From: an uncultured virus (IMG/VR IMGVR_UViG_3300029787_005093)
Lineage: Duplodnaviria; Heunggongvirae; Uroviricota; Caudoviricetes
Length of the DNA stretch: 59,152 bases
IMG/VR virus record: IMGVR_UViG_3300029787_005093
Direction: 5' to 3' (one strand)
Position numbers and translations under genes: made by a program. Below the pieces are notes generated by a model. The model saw only the letters and a list, made by a program, of their open reading frames with translations, was not told the origin of the DNA and made no database searches. Below, piece by piece: positions 20,085 to 29,208 of the stretch. Within the stretch, counting starts at the first letter, position 1. Each line of letters opens with the position of its first letter.

Positions 20085-20728
20085 ACTTCCCTTTTTTTAA
20101 GTTTATTAAATAAAAACTTATGAGGTATTTTATACGGTATATTATTTAAGTTAAATTTTTCTATAATAAATGCATGTGCATGATGTCCTCCTTGAGTACC
20201 ATGTAGGTTATCACAATCTTTAGATTTAAAATAATATTTCCAACCAGAAGCATAAATATCAGAAACTAGTGAGCTGCCGCCAAAATAATGATCTGCGTCT
20301 AAGCGAATAGTACCGTTTGAATATCTTATGGAAGAATTAGTATTTATTTCAAATGTTTCGTGATTATCCACTTTATCTTTAAAAAACTGTATTAAATTTT
20401 TTTGATCGAATTCTATCTCTCCTCTAGTCCATAATACATAATCGTAAATAAATCCATTATCTATTTCATATTTACTCTTTAAATTATTTACTCTATGTAT
20501 ACAGTAAAATGCTTTATCAGTATTATTTTTAAAATTAATAACTTCAGGATTAATAAATTCTTTTGCAGTAAAAAAATTATAGGGACTCTTATCTTTAAAA
20601 TCATCCCACGTACTAACGAAATAATCAAATTCAAAGTTTTGATGAGAACGATAGTAATTATCTAAAGTTCTTAAAGTTCTTGTCTGACCCCAAAAACATA
20701 TTGCTATTTTCTTTTTACTGTTCTCCAT
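20081..20728 (-). CDS. Putative glycosyltransferase-like protein (GQxR family, copy 2)
   Basis: IAICFWGQTR, DYFVSTW, YDYVLWTRGE. Confidence 0.5.
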   Translation of the reverse strand: MENSKKKIAICFWGQTRTLRTLDNYYRSHQNFEFDYFVSTWDDFKDKSPYNFFTAKEFINPEVINFKNNTDKAFYCIHRVNNLKSKYEIDNGFIYDYVLWTRGEIEFDQKNLIQFFKDKVDNHETFEINTNSSIRYSNGTIRLDADHYFGGSSLVSDIYASGWKYYFKSKDCDNLHGTQGGHHAHAFIIEKFNLNNIPYKIPHKFLFNKLKKREV

Positions 20729-21446
20729 TCAAATAACTTTGCAAATCCTCAGGTGTTCCCATCTGATAAATATTATCTACTTTAGTAGTAACTATATGCT
20801 TACCGTCTTTAACTGCATAATTATATACTGGTGCTACGTAAAATTCATTATTAACTCTATCATTAGCATTAATCATCTGCTCAGCATACTTAACAAAATC
20901 TGAACCTCTATTCCAGTAGTAGTACCCAGCTGTAGCTTGGTTAGATATTTGTTTCTTTTCTGCTACTTCAGTTACATACCCTTCTTCGTCAGTTTTAGCA
21001 TAACTCCATTTTGGACCTTCTCCTTGAAAGCATGGCATTCCTCCATCATGTAAACTTAGTCTACTAAAAGTTTTATTAGGATCATACTCAATTAATTGAT
21101 CTGAGTTAAAGCTTAATAAAGGTGTTCTATTATCAATATGTGCTTTAGCTGTTAATAAAGTGCATGCAGCGCCTTCAGTAATACCGTCTAATAACACTAG
21201 TTCAATATTTGTATGTCCAACCATATCATTAAATAAGCTATAATCATATTTTTCGTAATCAGCTTTTTGAGTAATAATAATGAATTTAAATTTATTATCA
21301 AATTCAATATTCAGATTTTCAATTACTCTTTGAATCATTGGTTTACCGTCAACATCTATAAAAGGTTTAGAATCTTCATATCCTTGTTCTCTAAATCTTG
21401 ATCCTTTACCTGCCATAGGTAGTACTATGTTGAAAAATTGCTTCAT
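20715..21446 (-). CDS. Sugar-phosphate nucleotidyltransferase (paralog of the C-terminal domain of 9775-11151)
   Basis: PMAGKGSRF, KPFIDVDGKPMI, TEGAACT, VAEK, GSDFVKYAEQMI, GTPEDL. Confidence 0.85.
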   Translation of the reverse strand: MKQFFNIVLPMAGKGSRFREQGYEDSKPFIDVDGKPMIQRVIENLNIEFDNKFKFIIITQKADYEKYDYSLFNDMVGHTNIELVLLDGITEGAACTLLTAKAHIDNRTPLLSFNSDQLIEYDPNKTFSRLSLHDGGMPCFQGEGPKWSYAKTDEEGYVTEVAEKKQISNQATAGYYYWNRGSDFVKYAEQMINANDRVNNEFYVAPVYNYAVKDGKHIVTTKVDNIYQMGTPEDLQSYLNGEQ

Positions 21447-21448
21447 AT

Positions 21449-21760
21449 TTAATTTAAATTATCATTAAAAAATTCATTCGGGACTCTATTTTTATCATCT
21501 ATATAAAATGTAGCATCATGTTGTTTAAAACAAAGCTCGTGATACTTGCACCCCCATAGCTCTAATTGAGCTTCAGTTATTGGTCTATAATATGCTTCTC
21601 CTCTACCACTTTTTAATCCTCTAGCTGTATGATAAATTATTTCATGACCTTCATCATACAGTTTATTAATTTGCTGTATTCTATTTATAAAAGGTTCTCG
21701 GGAAATAACAGGTCCTTTTTCTCTACAAATAGTATTATCTATATCTATAACAAATTTCAT
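21449..21760 (-). CDS. Small capless HAD phosphatase (capsule-biosynthesis type)
   Basis: DIDNTIC, HTARG, YIDDK. Confidence 0.85.
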   Translation of the reverse strand: MKFVIDIDNTICREKGPVISREPFINRIQQINKLYDEGHEIIYHTARGLKSGRGEAYYRPITEAQLELWGCKYHELCFKQHDATFYIDDKNRVPNEFFNDNLN

Positions 21761-21762
21761 AT

Positions 21763-22545
21763 TTATATTTTTAATTTACCTATAAACTTATTACTATCAT
21801 TTAAATAGTAATCTATTCTTTTATTTTTTATATCTACTTCTAATCTTATATCTCCATTTAAAAAATATTTTCTACCAGATGAAGTTTTGGCTGATGTTAA
21901 GGAAAACTTATCTTCTTCAAAAGTATGAAAAAATGCATAGTCATATCCTGCTATAGCTCCTAAATAACTTTTATGAGTACCTCTTGATAAAAACTTAGAA
22001 TCAAAATAAAAACCAGGATGCATTATACCGTCATTTTTTATACTATTATACCAAAGGATAGAAAAATCAGATAATGATGTTGCTCCATATATTGTTTGAT
22101 ACTTTTTTGCCAGTTCTTCGAGATCAATATTCTTTTCTTCAGCTTCTTTTACATACTGTCTTACTACATTTAAATTACTATTTTCTAAACAACCTGTCTG
22201 GTATTTGTTTATTATTTCTCTTGGTATAGATAAATAAACTACTTTTCCGTTATAATAAGTTTCTTTAGTAACTGTTTTAGAAGTGATATCTGGTTTAAAG
22301 CTTCCTTGGTCTCCTTCTTTAGGGTATAAACTACCTTTAGCAAATTGGTATTTTTTACCTAGATCTTTTTTAATAAAACTATCTCTATTTAAGGTATCTT
22401 CTACTCTCCATAAATTAGTGTCCAATATCTGTTTTTGATTTTCAAGGAATAATTTTTCTACTTCTTGAAAAGAAAAAGTATCGAATAAATTTACATTGTC
22501 AAATGCAGTAGTATAATATTTATATAATAGTCCTCTATAATTCAT
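21763..22545 (-). CDS. Hypothetical protein, paralog of 23200-24042; possible ParB/Srx-like motif
   Basis: KNDGIMHPG...SRGTHK. Confidence 0.5.
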   Translation of the reverse strand: MNYRGLLYKYYTTAFDNVNLFDTFSFQEVEKLFLENQKQILDTNLWRVEDTLNRDSFIKKDLGKKYQFAKGSLYPKEGDQGSFKPDITSKTVTKETYYNGKVVYLSIPREIINKYQTGCLENSNLNVVRQYVKEAEEKNIDLEELAKKYQTIYGATSLSDFSILWYNSIKNDGIMHPGFYFDSKFLSRGTHKSYLGAIAGYDYAFFHTFEEDKFSLTSAKTSSGRKYFLNGDIRLEVDIKNKRIDYYLNDSNKFIGKLKI

Positions 22546-23200
22546 TATATATTTCTTTTACTATTTTTAAATCTAATTCTGTATCTACATCTATTAACTC
22601 TTCTTCAGGCCAGTCAATTAAATATGGAAAAGGGTCGCTATAAGTATTTGAAAATAGTTCCCAATTTTTTAACATATATGATTTTTTATACATTACTAAA
22701 GAATGTGTAGCTTCCCATAAACTAGGTCCTGAAGTTGTAGATAGCCTATCATTAGGTTTAAAGTTAACTGGTGTAGCAGCTTTATTCCAAAAAAAGTTTC
22801 TAGTATTTTTAACTGTAATAGCACTTTCTAAAGGACTTTTTTTAAACCAGTCTATTACTTTTTGTAGTTTATTTATATCTAAGAAAGGTTGACATGGATT
22901 ATAGTTTATAATATAGTCTGATTTTACTTTATTTAAATGATCGTACATTACTTTATGAGGAGCATTACCAGGTGCTACAGATTCATACTTTCTATCTAAT
23001 ATCTTCACTCCTTTAATAATTCTATCTTTTAAAGCTTGTTCATGAACAGCTAAATATTTTTCATCTACATTTTTTAAATCACTCACCTTATTTAAAGCTA
23101 TATCTAAAATAGTATTACCATCACCTAAGTCACGAAGATGTTTTTGTGGACATCTTGTACTTTTCATTCTTGCGTGTATTATAATTGCTATACTTTTCAT
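22535..23200 (-). CDS. neuA: Acylneuraminate cytidylyltransferase (CMP-nonulosonate synthetase)
   Basis: IHARMKSTRCPQKH, YNPCQPF, IDVDTELD. Confidence 0.8.
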   Translation of the reverse strand: MKSIAIIIHARMKSTRCPQKHLRDLGDGNTILDIALNKVSDLKNVDEKYLAVHEQALKDRIIKGVKILDRKYESVAPGNAPHKVMYDHLNKVKSDYIINYNPCQPFLDINKLQKVIDWFKKSPLESAITVKNTRNFFWNKAATPVNFKPNDRLSTTSGPSLWEATHSLVMYKKSYMLKNWELFSNTYSDPFPYLIDWPEEELIDVDTELDLKIVKEIYNEL

Positions 23201-24042
23201 TAATAAGTTCCTAATAATTCAAATCCTTTAAAAAATCTTAACGTTTTCATTCTTGTATCTATTTCCATTTTTAAAAAACTATTATCAAAGTGATTATGTA
23301 AATCAACTTTATAATTATAATTTAAAGATTCATTACCTAGTTTAGGGTATTGTATAAAAATAGGTACATCACTACCGGACATAGCCAATAAAAGAGCTCT
23401 GTGTGTTCCTCTATCTAATATTCTTTCTGAGCTTATATAACATATAGGGTAAATTAATCCGTATCTTTTCATAGTAATAAACTGTTCAGGTTGTAAATCA
23501 GCGCTCCATTGTAAAATTTCATGTTCCTGAAAATAATCTTCAAATTTATAAAGATCTGGATATTTTTTATTGTACTCCTCTATTAAAGCATCCATTCTAT
23601 CTTGTGATAACTCTCCTGAGTCTAATTCTTTAATGAATTCTTTAAATCTTCTTACATCAGGGTTAGAGTGTACTGATGTCATATATTTAACAAAGAGTTC
23701 TCCAGGTAAAGTTAAGTACATCCAATGATCCCAGGTCTTATTCAAACCTTTCATATCCATAGATATAATATCAGCTTTAGCTTGTAAAGTTTTAGTCTTA
23801 AAAGGATCTATATCAAAATAAGTTGGGCTGTGTCCTAACCAAAAAGCACTATGATCTATATTTTCTTCATCAGAATTAACTGGTCTTTCGTTTTCTCCGC
23901 CTTCTTTATCTAAATTATTACCTAATAAATTATGATTAGCTAAATACATATCTATTACTTCTTGATAAGGTATTATATCAAAAGGTTTTAAATGTTTGAA
24001 TGTATCAAACCAGTATCTTACTTTTTGTTTTTTAAACTTCAT
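23200..24042 (-). CDS. Hypothetical protein with ParB/Srx-like motif
   Basis: KRYGLIYPI...LDRGTHRALL...SDVP. Confidence 0.5.
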   Translation of the reverse strand: MKFKKQKVRYWFDTFKHLKPFDIIPYQEVIDMYLANHNLLGNNLDKEGGENERPVNSDEENIDHSAFWLGHSPTYFDIDPFKTKTLQAKADIISMDMKGLNKTWDHWMYLTLPGELFVKYMTSVHSNPDVRRFKEFIKELDSGELSQDRMDALIEEYNKKYPDLYKFEDYFQEHEILQWSADLQPEQFITMKRYGLIYPICYISSERILDRGTHRALLLAMSGSDVPIFIQYPKLGNESLNYNYKVDLHNHFDNSFLKMEIDTRMKTLRFFKGFELLGTY

Positions 24043-24667
24043 AGTTATAATTAAAATATTCTATATCTTTAGCATATTTTAGTTTTACTTTATTTATTAG
24101 TTCGGCGTTATACACGTCTTTATAACTTTTCTCTATTGGAGATATATTATTTACAGTTAGATCTATACTAGCTAAACCTAACTTACTACATATAACATTG
24201 AAATCTTTAGACAACGTTTCGTATTTACCAATATAGTTAATATATGGCAGATAATCAACATTATTACTGTATTTTCCTTGTAAAAACTCATACTGACTTG
24301 GTAAATGTATAAATTCACCGTAATAATCAGCTATTTGTTGGATAGTACCTGTTTTTTCATCTTCTACCTTAGTATTATAGTATATTTCAAAAAAAGTTTC
24401 TAAATTGTCTACTACATCTTCAAATTTATAATTTTTATGCAAAAACTCTCTATACTTATACTGTGAGTATAGTCTATCCCAAGGGTTTCTTACAAATGTA
24501 AAAACAAAATACTCTTTAAACATTTTTTCATCAAAATTATCATGATGTATCTTGAATCCTTCATAAATTTTGTCTACTCCTGTTAGTTTATTTAAAGCTT
24601 TACCTATAGTTATACCAGCACATTTAGGAATATGTAAAAATATAAATTTATGTTTATGGTTTATCAT
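24032..24667 (-). CDS. Sulfotransferase family 2 (HNK-1/chondroitin-type)
   Basis: 5'-PSB FLHIPKCAG; 3'-PB FTFVRNPWDRLYS; HLPSQ; IGKYE; YAKDIEYFNY. Confidence 0.9.
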   Translation of the reverse strand: MINHKHKFIFLHIPKCAGITIGKALNKLTGVDKIYEGFKIHHDNFDEKMFKEYFVFTFVRNPWDRLYSQYKYREFLHKNYKFEDVVDNLETFFEIYYNTKVEDEKTGTIQQIADYYGEFIHLPSQYEFLQGKYSNNVDYLPYINYIGKYETLSKDFNVICSKLGLASIDLTVNNISPIEKSYKDVYNAELINKVKLKYAKDIEYFNYNYEV

Positions 24668-25515
24668 ACTAAATTAATATATTTTGTATAGTTATCAAAA
24701 TCTAATAAATCGTAGTTACTCCAATCTTCAATTTCAGAAGATAAACTAAGTAAATGGTCTATATCCAATTCATCCCATTGGTCTACTAGTATTATTGGAA
24801 ACAATTTAGCATAATATTCTGTTAATATATTTTTTTCACATATAGGAATAGTTTTCATATAAAGAGCCTCCCACATTCTATGACAATCTATACCATTTCC
24901 AGGAGGGCTTATGCAAAATTTATGAGATTTTAAAGTTCTTAAGTAATCCCCATACTCTTGGTGAGATAAAAATTTAAATCCTTTATTTTTAAGAATTTTA
25001 TAGCACTCTGGTCTATACTCCTCTCTGACACCACCATTAATTTTAAAATAAAAATAACATAAATTGTTTTTACCTATATCTTCTTTTATTACTTTGTTTA
25101 TAATATCAAGATTACCCCAAGGCCAGTTACTATTTGCTATTCCGATAGGAATTGGTATTACATTATCATTTACAGTATTAATATTTTGAGTATATATTTT
25201 TTGTAAATTAGGTAAATCTAAATAATGACAATGAATGTCGTTAAAATTTTGATCTGAGTTATGTAATATTAAATTAAATGGGTTTTGAAATTGTTCTAAT
25301 TTACGAAATAGATTAGAATCTAACAGTGCTTTTTTAGTTTTATTTATTAAACTACTATTTACATAGACTAACCCAGGATTATTGTAGTTAGTAAAATTGA
25401 AATCATCAACATCTATTGAACGCAAATTACTTTTACTCTCGAAAGGTTTATGCTCTAGTTTACTTATACCTATATCACAAATATCTTGAAATTTTTCTCC
25501 TGTAATTATATTCAT
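24664..25515 (-). CDS. Exostosin-like (GT47-type) glycosyltransferase
   Basis: PIPIG, KFCISPPGNGIDCHRMWEALYMKTIPI. Confidence 0.75.
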   Translation of the reverse strand: MNIITGEKFQDICDIGISKLEHKPFESKSNLRSIDVDDFNFTNYNNPGLVYVNSSLINKTKKALLDSNLFRKLEQFQNPFNLILHNSDQNFNDIHCHYLDLPNLQKIYTQNINTVNDNVIPIPIGIANSNWPWGNLDIINKVIKEDIGKNNLCYFYFKINGGVREEYRPECYKILKNKGFKFLSHQEYGDYLRTLKSHKFCISPPGNGIDCHRMWEALYMKTIPICEKNILTEYYAKLFPIILVDQWDELDIDHLLSLSSEIEDWSNYDLLDFDNYTKYINLV

Positions 25516-26273
25516 TAGAACTTTTTATTTTCATCAATTATAAATTTAAAAAGATCTACATTAATGTTTTTATTGTTAACTAAACAACTTAGTGCATTTA
25601 CATCTTTAGGTAAGCACATACCGCCAAACCCTCTGAATTCCTTTGAATACTTTAAATATGCTGTCTCTGCTACACTTTCTAGAGCATAAGCTAATAATAC
25701 TTTATCGTAATCTACATTAAATTTATCACAAATTTTACCGAAAGAGTTAGCAAAGGTAATCTTTACTGCTTTAAAAACATTTGAAAAATATTTTACAAAT
25801 TCTGCTTCTTCAGGCTTTAAAATTAAAATGTTTTTTGGATAATCACCATGACATTTTTTTACTACATCAATACATTTATCGTTATTTGCACCTATAATTA
25901 ATACATTATGGTTTTTTGTAAAGTCTTCATATGCGTGTACCTCTCTTAAAAATTCTGGTACTAAGCAAAGTCTTTCAATATCAAATAATTTTTTTAGTTT
26001 ATTATAAGTACCTGGTATTATAGTAGACTTAACAGCTATTATTCCTTTATAATTAGATAGTGCTTTTAACGTTTTAAGTATTTGTTCTATATCACAAGAA
26101 CCATCTTCGTTTGAATTAGTAGGGAGACATAAATATAGTATATCTGTGTCTATTACATCTCTAATGGAAGTATTAAATTTAATATCATGAATTTTTACTT
26201 CATGACCTAAATCTTCAAATCCTCTTTTGATAGCAGTACCTACTACCCCTACTCCTATAACACCTATTTTCAT
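25515..26273 (-). CDS. ugd: UDP-glucose/GDP-mannose 6-dehydrogenase family, C-terminally short
   Basis: GVGVVG, CLPT, KSTIIPG, PEFLRE, KYFSN...FAN, GFGGMCLPKD (catalytic Cys); 252 aa. Confidence 0.85.
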   Translation of the reverse strand: MKIGVIGVGVVGTAIKRGFEDLGHEVKIHDIKFNTSIRDVIDTDILYLCLPTNSNEDGSCDIEQILKTLKALSNYKGIIAVKSTIIPGTYNKLKKLFDIERLCLVPEFLREVHAYEDFTKNHNVLIIGANNDKCIDVVKKCHGDYPKNILILKPEEAEFVKYFSNVFKAVKITFANSFGKICDKFNVDYDKVLLAYALESVAETAYLKYSKEFRGFGGMCLPKDVNALSCLVNNKNINVDLFKFIIDENKKF

Positions 26274-27247
26274 AACATTAATCTTCTTAAATATTTAGCA
26301 GAGTTTTCGTATCCTTCTTTTTCTAACTCTACTTTATTATAAATACGGTTGCTTAAGAATTTATTGAGTTTATATGCAATAAAATATCCATCAACTAACT
26401 CTTGCTTATTTGTCGTATTATGAGCAATCCCTATACCTAACTTTTCTACTAACTTAGCTAAAGTTATAATTTCACTTGAATCTTTAGGATCATATAATGC
26501 TACTATAGGTATATTATGTTCTACACAGTGAGTTAACATTCCCACTCCTGGTCTAATAACGTATATACATTCGTTTGTAGTTGTTATATCACTTGATATT
26601 TCATTAAGTGAACTACAAGTACTTTTTACAATATCTAAACATTCTTTGTAACTAGTTAAATAGTCTAAACTTGGCTCTACTGTAACTATGGTTTTATAAT
26701 ATTCCCAATAATTTACTTTTTGTTTATGGGGACAACCAAAACCAAATTGTACTTTATTGTCGTAGTTTATTACACTATCTGTCTCTGTGTATTTGTTAGT
26801 GATAATAGTAGGTTTATATTTTTTTAGTAAATCATTATCATATTTAGTTAAAGTATTGTCACCAAATTTATTTTCAAAAACATCTTTCCATAAAAAAGAT
26901 CCCATTAGTATTACATCTTTTCTATATTCTAATAACCCAACAATATTATCACTAATTACATAGTTATAGTAATCTAAATCTTTGCCGTAATAATCCACCC
27001 AATTATAATAACTATCGAAATCTACTTTATTGCTTTTTACAGTAACATCCCATCTAATGTTTGATAGTTTATAAAAAATAAAATTTACATTTAATATAGG
27101 TAGAAATTTATCATATTGAAATTTTTCACAATAAATATCTATACTAAAATCTTGCTGTAAATGTGCAGCTACTTCAATCACTCTTTTAAAATGACCGTAA
27201 CCGTTAGAACAGGTAAAAAAAGCTATTGTTGGTTTTATAGTTGCCAT
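26270..27247 (-). CDS. GT-B fold glycosyltransferase-like protein (GT28/SpsG-like)
   Basis: SNGYGHFKR, VISDN, RPGVGMLTHC...IP. Confidence 0.6.
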   Translation of the reverse strand: MATIKPTIAFFTCSNGYGHFKRVIEVAAHLQQDFSIDIYCEKFQYDKFLPILNVNFIFYKLSNIRWDVTVKSNKVDFDSYYNWVDYYGKDLDYYNYVISDNIVGLLEYRKDVILMGSFLWKDVFENKFGDNTLTKYDNDLLKKYKPTIITNKYTETDSVINYDNKVQFGFGCPHKQKVNYWEYYKTIVTVEPSLDYLTSYKECLDIVKSTCSSLNEISSDITTTNECIYVIRPGVGMLTHCVEHNIPIVALYDPKDSSEIITLAKLVEKLGIGIAHNTTNKQELVDGYFIAYKLNKFLSNRIYNKVELEKEGYENSAKYLRRLML

Positions 27248-28017
27248 TCTTTTATAACTTTTATTATCGCTTCATCAAAATAAACTGAGTAGTCTCCTGA
27301 TATGTAAGGTATTTTCTTTTTAGTTTGTTTTAAATATTTTAACGTTGATTCTTCTATTCCTTTAACATTTTTTTTAGCAAAATTAACTACACTATCTTCA
27401 TAATCTTCATAAAAGTATTCAGGTAATTTATGTTCTAACTTTATTAGACGATTTAATGATTGCTGTAAGTATAGCTCTTTTATTATCCAGTTTAACCAAG
27501 TATGTTTATTTTTATCTTCGACGTTTGGTTTAAAACAATCGTTTTTATCTCCTAATGATATATGATTCCAAGGTATAGGATTTACTAATAAATTATTATG
27601 AAATTTTATCATATTATCTTTTGTCCATTTTTTAGAAGTATCATATAAACCGGTCGATATAAATGCTTCCCATAACGGTAAAGATAATAAAGTTTGAACT
27701 TTATTTTTTCTATTTAAATAAAAAATATTATAATCTTTGACTAATTTATCAAAAAATTTTATTTTGTTTAAAAATGTTATAACATTAGGATTATTTAATA
27801 ATATAACTTGATATTTTTTGTTATAATCTTTTGTAAGAAAACTGCGAACTTGATCTAATAAATTATTATCATTATCAAAATTTACCTCTCCTAAATTTAT
27901 AGGTTTAAGATTAAAATGATGTTCTGCTATACGTTCTACAATATGTGACATCTGAGTGCCCCCAGAGCGGTAATGTGAAAGTATTATTGTTCCTTTTTTA
28001 TTTTTGTTTACTAACAT
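27235..28017 (-). CDS. Sulfotransferase-like P-loop protein (Stf0-like)
   Basis: ILSHYRSGGT (RSG-T PAPS loop), LGE, LNRKN...LS, YEDY. Confidence 0.6.
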   Translation of the reverse strand: MLVNKNKKGTIILSHYRSGGTQMSHIVERIAEHHFNLKPINLGEVNFDNDNNLLDQVRSFLTKDYNKKYQVILLNNPNVITFLNKIKFFDKLVKDYNIFYLNRKNKVQTLLSLPLWEAFISTGLYDTSKKWTKDNMIKFHNNLLVNPIPWNHISLGDKNDCFKPNVEDKNKHTWLNWIIKELYLQQSLNRLIKLEHKLPEYFYEDYEDSVVNFAKKNVKGIEESTLKYLKQTKKKIPYISGDYSVYFDEAIIKVIKEWQL

Positions 28018-28018
28018 A

Positions 28019-28798
28019 TTAATTGTAGTACCAGTCTCTAAAATATTTTTCCATTATTTCCCAATGGTCTGAGTTAAGTAAATGTAAGTCTTCAGGACAA
28101 CCTTCTTTGACTAATGTTTCTATAAACTCTAATCCTTTAAAAGGGGTTATACCATATTCCCTCATATAATCATGCATTAATACTCCAGGTCCTACAGCAT
28201 TAAAATTAGGATCATAGTCTTTTTCTACTTTATCATGTATTTGGTATTGTCTATAAAAATATAAATTTGCTAACATATCCATAGTATATGAATTACATCC
28301 AAAAACACAATCATTAATATTAAAAGAATAAAATTCATGTTCCATATAACCACCATGAGTATACATAAACATATTATCTTCCATAGGTTCCCACTTAATA
28401 GGTTCTGCTGGGTTAAAACAAACATCAGGTCTAGTTTTAAATACAACATCGTATTCAAAATTATTTTCTAGTTCGTACTCTCTTTTTAACATTATAGATT
28501 GAGATAAACTATAAAAAAGAGAACTCCAATGGTCATTATCATAAAAAAATTCTTGTTTTTTATTATCAAAAATAAATTTTTTAGGTTTATAAGCATCAAT
28601 AAACTCTTTAAACTCTTCTGGTGTAACGTCTCTATAATTGTAATCTTGGGATAAACCAGGTCTATCCATACTATAATTCCATGTATGTACAAAATAATCT
28701 ACTTCAACACCTGAGGTACTGAAAAACCATTTCTGGTTTTCTAAAGCTATTCTCCAGTTTCTCAATTGACCACTTATAATTACTGCTACTTTCGCCAT
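28019..28798 (-). CDS. Putative glycosyltransferase-like protein (GQxR family, copy 3)
   Basis: VAVIISGQLR, DYFVHTW, YDVVFKTRPD, NDCVF. Confidence 0.55.
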   Translation of the reverse strand: MAKVAVIISGQLRNWRIALENQKWFFSTSGVEVDYFVHTWNYSMDRPGLSQDYNYRDVTPEEFKEFIDAYKPKKFIFDNKKQEFFYDNDHWSSLFYSLSQSIMLKREYELENNFEYDVVFKTRPDVCFNPAEPIKWEPMEDNMFMYTHGGYMEHEFYSFNINDCVFGCNSYTMDMLANLYFYRQYQIHDKVEKDYDPNFNAVGPGVLMHDYMREYGITPFKGLEFIETLVKEGCPEDLHLLNSDHWEIMEKYFRDWYYN

Positions 28799-29208
28799 AA
28801 TTCTTTTACTTTAATTCTATTAGTCCAACAACTACCGTATAAAGAGTTTTTAGTTCTTTTTGCATTAGCAACAAAAGGTAAAACAAACCCATTACAGAAC
28901 ATTATACTATCATTGATAAGACACTCTTGAGCTGCTCCGCTATGTACTACGTTTTTAACATAGAGTGCTTTTTCGTTAACCTCTTTATCATAAAATCTAG
29001 TATAGTTTATATTTTTAAGTAATTCTAGATCGTTATAAATTATATGTCCATTATAAAAGAAATCATTATTAAGTTCTTTCTTTTTAATTTCAAAATATAC
29101 TTTTGATATATCGCCTACATAAAGATCTACATTAGCAGGTGTAGTTATTTCATACGTTTGTTGAGGAACTATTAGAGTATATTTACCGTTATAAAAACTA
29201 TTGTTCAT
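28786..29208 (-). CDS. Hypothetical protein
   Basis: 140-aa ORF overlapping both neighbours. Confidence 0.55.
   Translation of the reverse strand: MNNSFYNGKYTLIVPQQTYEITTPANVDLYVGDISKVYFEIKKKELNNDFFYNGHIIYNDLELLKNINYTRFYDKEVNEKALYVKNVVHSGAAQECLINDSIMFCNGFVLPFVANAKRTKNSLYGSCWTNRIKVKELWRK

Noticed and set aside
28270..28692. Two short minus-strand ORFs nested in 28019-28798
   Set aside because: Alternative-frame artefacts of AT-rich coding sequence
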